41,862 nt of DNA from contig NC_057719.1 in NCBI RefSeq assembly GCF_004010195.1, positions 4,390,244-4,432,105 on the forward strand. Reading direction: 5' to 3'. Of this stretch, positions 36,916-41,862 are shown in pieces. A program made the position numbers and the translations under genes. The first letter of the stretch is position 1. Each line of letters begins with the position of its first letter. This DNA is from Chiloscyllium plagiosum (taxonomy: Eukaryota). A model generated the notes under the pieces. The model saw only the letters and a list, made by a program, of their open reading frames with translations, ran no database searches and was not told where the DNA came from.

Positions 36916-37048
36916 TAATAGTCACGCACCATTGAGTCATAGAGTCATAGAGATGTACAGCATGGAAACAGACCCTTCGGTCCAACCCATGCTGTACATC
37001 TCTATGACTCTATGGTGCGTGACTACTATGACTAGATTAGATTCCCTA
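36896..37048. repeat. Long imperfect inverted repeat (fold-back hairpin)
   Basis: 36896-36965 versus 36987-37048, with a 21-nt loop. Confidence 0.92.
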
Positions 37049-37244
37049 AGTTTAGTCTTCTAAAGGAATTAAACTAGATTGTTCACAATCTTAATGTCTG
37101 ACCCTGACGTGAGTTTCTGATTAATACCCACAGCATCACTGAGACCACCAATTCCCAACTTTGGCCATGTTCACTCGCATACACCACTGGAGATGACAGG
37201 ACATAATTAAAAGAAGTTTACACAGTTCTGGGATCTTGGGTTTC

Positions 37245-37710
37245 AGGTCAAGTATTGTGCCCAGTTCTTTTCATCACATCTTAGCAAGGGACAAATGAGA
37301 TTTACCAGAATAATTCCAAGGACAAGGAATTTTAGCTGCAAACGTAGAGTGGCGAGGCTAGACTTGTCTACTTGGAGCAAGCCAGAGTGTGGAGACATTT
37401 GGCGGATGAATATCAGAAGATGATGGGGTTTAGAAAAGGGAGATAAAAGAAACTGTTCCCCTTAGCAGATGGCAAAGGTTTGGGGCCAAAGTTGGAAGGG
37501 CATCTGCAGAGGAACTTGTTAAAACGGCGAGTGATAATGAGCTGAAACTCACTCGTCATGAGGGTTGTGAAAACAAATTTATTAGCAATTTCAGTGAGGA
37601 ACTGAGGAGAAGGAAAGTGGGAAATGGGACTGAGCAGAGAATTAGCTTAAACTTGCTGGGCGGAATGGCCTCCTTTGTGCCCCATGATAACTTATTGATC
37701 CTATGACTTT
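37245..37710 (+). mobile_element. Decayed CR1 3' end
   Basis: Remnants of the EYCAQF.., RFTRIIP and LDLSTWSK regions; GGGCGGAATGGCCTCCTTTGTG tail. Confidence 0.65.
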
Positions 37711-37859
37711 ACAATTGATCTGCTGCTGAAATTCACATCTGGGGTTTTGCTACAATAAGATTGTTCCAATACATTGCTGGCTGTTCTCCCAGTTTTCCCT
37801 CCGAAAACTTGCTCTCCAAATCTCTATTGTTAATGTCTTTCTTCACACCAATGCCCATT

Positions 37860-38275
37860 CAGCTTTCGCCCTTAATGCTCATTAACTTCCATGGGCTCTC
37901 AGTCAAGCTACATCTTGGCTTCAAATCCTCATCCTAGTTTTTTTAAATCCCCTCCATGACACCCCACCCCCGTCTCTCTCTATAAGAGCCCCACAACCTT
38001 TCTCTCCTCGAACTCCGGCTTCTTCACATCCATGGTTTCTTAGTTTTACTAATTTGTACTTCAGCTGTGAATTGCTTCAGCCCCAAGTTCTGGAAGTTTC
38101 TTCCTGAATGTCTTCTCCTCTCTCTACATTCACTGTGTTAAGACACAGTGTTAAAATATATCCCCCTTGACCAAACAATATCTCTGTAAGGATCAATCTC
38201 AGTTTGTTTTATAACATGTTCGTGAGATGCTTTGAAATATTTCATTATGTTAAAACAAGATAGAAATAGAAATAT
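37860..38275 (+). mobile_element. Decayed L2-clade LINE 3' end
   Basis: FKILIL-like and KFWKFLP (LWN.LP) remnants; GTGAGATGCTTTGAAATATT..ATAGAAAT tail. Confidence 0.5.
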
Positions 38276-38559
38276 TATTGATAATACATTAATGTGTATT
38301 AGTGCTCGCATAGGAGGTAGCATATTATTATGTATGAATGTTTATGTACTAATGCATATTTGTCTGTGTGTGTTAGTACATTAATGTGTATCTTTTCATG
38401 AATGTATGAGACCTATGTGTATGAAAGTTGATGTTCTAATATATGACGAGATTGTTATTAATATATCTGAGAACTAATGCATTTACACATGGTGTTACCT
38501 GTTAACATATATGAGTGTGCATATATTTATATGTGGTGAGATTGTGTCAATGTCTACGA

Positions 38560-38990
38560 TAAGTATTTATTTATATATGGCATGACTGTGTTAATATATA
38601 TGAAAGGTAATGTATTTATATATGACGTGACTGTGTGCACATATATAACAGGTAATGTATTTATAAATGGCGTGACTGTTAATATATATGAAAGGTAATG
38701 TATTTATATATGATATGACTGTGTTCATGTATATAACAGGTAATGTATTTATATATGGTGTGATTGTGTTACTATATATGACAGGTAAAGTATTTATGTA
38801 TTGTATGACTGTATTCATGTATTTGACAGGCAATTTATATATATATGGTGTGATTGTGCTAATGCATATGACAGATGATGTATTTATATATGGCATGACT
38901 ATGTTAATTTGTACGAAGAACAATGTATTTATATATGGCATGACTGTTCATTTATATGAAGGTCAATATATATGAGAGTTAATGTATGCA
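38560..38990. repeat. AT-rich minisatellite, ~45-bp unit GGTAATGTATTTATATATGRYRTGACTGTGTTMATATATATGACA
   Basis: GGTAA anchors at 38606, 38651, 38694 and 38739; 15-aa periodicity in the spurious ORFs. Confidence 0.9.
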
Positions 38991-39557
38991 TATATGATGT
39001 GACAGTGATCATGTACATGAGCAGTCATAGAGCTAGAACTCTTTGCCTCTTTCTCTCTCTCGAACTCCCATCCATGAGGGTATATCGAGAGCTTTTCTGA
39101 AACAGGTTTTCGAACCACCCGACAATCTTTCTCCCCAAATCCTAATATTAAAAAAAGAGAAAAAGAGTTCCGATCATTTAACCCGAAACGGAAAATCCCA
39201 GAACCATTCACATACCGAACGGCTTCTCGCCGAGACTCCGGGATGAGTGAGGAAGCGGCTACCGGAGGAGGCTTGAATTCCAAAGATATGTCAGTTTATT
39301 GGGAATTCGGTGAGGGTGGGTTTACGGCTGGAGAGAATTTGTTTAACATTTCAACAGGGTTTGGTGATTTGAAACGGTTTCACAACATTTTCAATGTCAC
39401 TGTTTTGAATGCGTTTTCAGACTGAATTAGTTTGTTTGTTAATGGGTCACTTGTTTGTACAGTAACCGTTGCTCGCTGGAAATTAAAATCTTTTAATTGC
39501 CTCCCACCCCCACCCCCATGTTTAAAACCCATCCCAGTCCCGGGCTTTTCTCCGGTT

Positions 39558-39631
39558 TGTGGATTGGAGCAGAACAGATTATTTACACTTCACCCTTGTG
39601 ATGGTCACCCCTCACCTCTTCACAATACACA
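39558..39631. promoter_or_regulatory. Pair of FoxH1 consensus sites (candidate Nodal-responsive enhancer)
   Basis: TGTGGATT at 39558-39565 and AATACACA at 39624-39631, in unique sequence ~1.3 kb upstream of the TATA box. Confidence 0.5.
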
Positions 39632-40546
39632 GTAAATAACTAACCCCCACCAGTGCAAATTAACTCATTATTCAGTAGCAGCCGAAAAGTATCATTTTAA
39701 AAAAAAATAATAATTACGACAAAAATCAAACCAAACGCGCTCTATCTGTTCCCTACATTTATATTATCTCCGATTTCGTTCCGCGATATTTATTGAACCA
39801 GATCGAGCCGTGATTTGAAAATTGCGAGTTCTCTTCAAGATCGAAATCAGATTAAATACTTAACCAAAACAAAACTTTAAATATTATTTCAGGGGCCGAG
39901 ACTCTGCCTGCTCGCAGCCGTTCACGGAATTAAAATCAAAATAATGTCAAGGGCCTAAATAAAACATAACAAACTCCGGACACTGAGAAATTGACAAACA
40001 CATGTTTGTGGTTATTTCGGGTGAATCGTTATTTTGTCTTGGATAAACAATTGTATACATTTTAGACAGAGATTGATACAGTGTATTCAATGTATCATTC
40101 GTAAATCGATACTTTAAGAGTTAACACCAAAAATAGATACATTTTGGAGGCGACGTGGACAGGCACAGAGAGAGAAATAGACAAACCGAAAGGCAAAAGG
40201 AATTTGCATTTTTTTTTAATACAGCAAGATTTTTTTTCACCCAGCGCGGGGTAAAACTGAAGGCTGGTTCAACTGGAGATGAAGGAAATTAGGGACGAGA
40301 GACACTTTCTAACACTTTGTGTGGTGTTTTCCCTGTAGCGAGATTGTGGGCAACTCTGTCTAAATTTCGGGAAGGGTGAACAAAAAAAAAGTGATTTATT
40401 TGTGGGGCACTTCCCCCACACAAGAGCCGAGGAGAGGAACTGACCCGCGTTTTAAACCCACACCTCCTCTCTCTCTCCCCCCCCCCCCCCCCCCCGCCCC
40501 CAAGCCCTCCGCTTCACGCGGACCGGCCTTTACCACAACCTTCCAC

Positions 40547-40570
40547 TAATCGGATTAGAGGCTGCAATTA
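40547..40570 (+). promoter_or_regulatory. goosecoid distal-element-like paired-homeodomain P3 site
   Basis: TAAT-CGG-ATTA followed by GAGGCTGCAATTA; includes GGATTA (K50/bicoid-type site). Confidence 0.7.
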
Positions 40571-40582
40571 ACTTGCTGTTGG

Positions 40583-40896
40583 CCAATGGCGGGGGTGGGG
40601 GTGGGGGGAAATCAATTTAAAAACACCCGATTACAAAGCCTTAAAGCTACTGTGGGGTTGGGGGAGAGAGACACAGAGAGGAAAGATTACATTTTAATTT
40701 CTTTAATCTACAATACCGAATTTCCGGGACTGGATCCCGTGTGTGTGTGTGTGTAAATTAGAGGGGAGGGGGATGTGAAAACAAGCCTAGAGACGTTGTT
40801 TTCCCTTCCCAATGACATAGAGTGGCGGGGATTGGGGGGGGGGGGGGTGCTGGTGGTGGGGAGGACGAGCTTCATGACGCGGGCTGTCTGTATAAA
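40583..40896 (+). promoter_or_regulatory. Proximal promoter: CCAAT (40583-40587), AT-rich homeodomain block (40685-40712), G-rich tract, TATA box TATAAA (40891-40896)
   Basis: Motifs read directly; the TATA box lies ~220 bp upstream of the gsc-like ATG in a CpG-enriched region. Confidence 0.7.
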
Positions 40897-41113
40897 GCAT
40901 TGGGAACAAGCCTGATCCAGAGAACAGACAGACAGAGAGAGACAGACAGACAGAGCGCGGTGCGTGAACTAACTTAGACTCAACTTTGTATCTTGTCAGG
41001 TGTTAGCCTCAGTTCGAACGCTGCAGTTGGTTTGTTTTGGAAAGTGATTCTGTGGTTTTGTTTTGGATGTAGATGCATGTATCCTTTCCCTTGGTGCTCC
41101 GGTTGAAGTGGTA

Positions 41114-41456
41114 ATGCCGGCTGCGATGTTCAGCATCGAGAGTATTTTAGCAGGAGTGCCCTCTCGGTGTAAGGGCTCGGCGCCTCTGCCCACCGCTCCG
41201 CTGCCCACCTACCCGGGAGTCGGCGCTGACTCGCTGTGCGCCACCGCTGACTATCTTAGTCTCTACCCTCCAGCCGTGGCTCCTCCGCCTCCCCCTCCTC
41301 CTCCTGCACCTCCTCAACACCCCAACCTGGCGGTCGGTGCCTCAAGGATGGGTTACAATTATTACTACGTTCCCGGGTCGCCCAGGGTGTCCTGCTGTAG
41401 TACCGTACCAACATGCCAGCCTCTGACCAGTCAGCACTGCTCCTGCATTCCCCCAG
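41114..41456 (+). CDS. gsc: First coding exon of a goosecoid-type paired-like homeobox gene (gsc or a gsc-like paralogue); homeobox exons lie beyond the window
   Basis: MPAAMFSIESILAG (eh1/GEH Groucho-binding motif; vertebrate Gsc has MPASMFSIDNILAA), RCK, DSL, DY..LYP..VAP, SRMGYNYYY, CC..VP and QHCSCIPPG. Strong donor CAG|GTAAGG at 41456/41457 in phase 1, where I recall vertebrate gsc exon 1 ending. Confidence 0.9.
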
Positions 41457-41624
41457 GTAAGGAGGCTCTGTAATCTGCTCATGGCTTCAGGGAATTGGAA
41501 TGTTTGTGAAAGTGATTCGATGTTTATCAAGGTTTTAATGTTCTTCTTTCAATGATGCATTGTCAGAGAGTTGCCGTGTTAAGGCTGAATGTTGAACGAG
41601 ATTTTCATTTCTTGTACCCACGTC

Positions 41625-41862
41625 ACACACCCACAGACAGAGAGAGAGAGAGACTTACCCACTCACACTGACACAGACACACACCCACAGAGAAAGAGAG
41701 AGACACTGATATAGACATATGCCCAGAGAAAGACACACACACGCGCAGACACACACACACACACACCCAGACATAGAGAGAGAGACATACATCCACCCAC
41801 TCACACTGACACAGACACACACCCACAGAGAGAGACACATACAGCTATCCATATACACTGGC
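41625..41862. repeat. CA/GA-rich low-complexity repeat in intron 1
   Basis: Directly visible. Confidence 0.92.

Noticed and set aside
38591..39635. ORFs upstream of the promoter
   Set aside because: Minisatellite translations or short ORFs without recognisable domains or exon structure.
40922..40955. Cluster of CAGAC Smad-binding elements
   Set aside because: Indistinguishable from a (GACA)n/(GA)n microsatellite; no independent support.
40960..40999. Mini-intron GTGCGT...CAG in the 5'UTR
   Set aside because: Only 40 nt, too short for a typical vertebrate intron.
41063..41473. ORF-track 136-aa ORF as the full protein
   Set aside because: It starts at a TTG and reads through the splice donor. 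Homology supports ATG 41114 and an exon end at 41456.

Overview
Eukaryotic, repeat-dense vertebrate DNA, very probably a shark or other elasmobranch (HE1-type V-SINEs, HER1/CR1 LINEs, SacSINE1-like Deu-SINE pieces). About 39 kb is intergenic: a 2.8-kb satellite, many nested and decayed CR1-clade LINEs, Penelope-like element (PLE) remnants, SINEs, micro/minisatellites and two assembly gaps. The only host gene I can support is at the right end: the promoter and first coding exon (41114-41456, +, phase-1 GT donor) of a goosecoid-type homeobox gene. Its N-terminus is clearly Gsc-like but divergent; the homeobox lies beyond the window. Most notable observations: (i) a possibly non-canonical gsc paralogue that keeps organizer-type promoter elements (P3 paired-homeodomain site, paired FoxH1 sites) and has uORFs, one overlapping the start codon; (ii) a dense population of short non-coding PLE terminal-repeat derivatives carrying minimal hammerhead-ribozyme cores, several with fold-back arms and 10-15 bp target-site duplications; (iii) a 178-bp locally templated inverted insertion, a fold-back palindrome, and tandem arrays that appear to have grown from retroelement sequence. 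Repeat family names come from my recognition of the sequences, not from database searches, and repeat boundaries are approximate.
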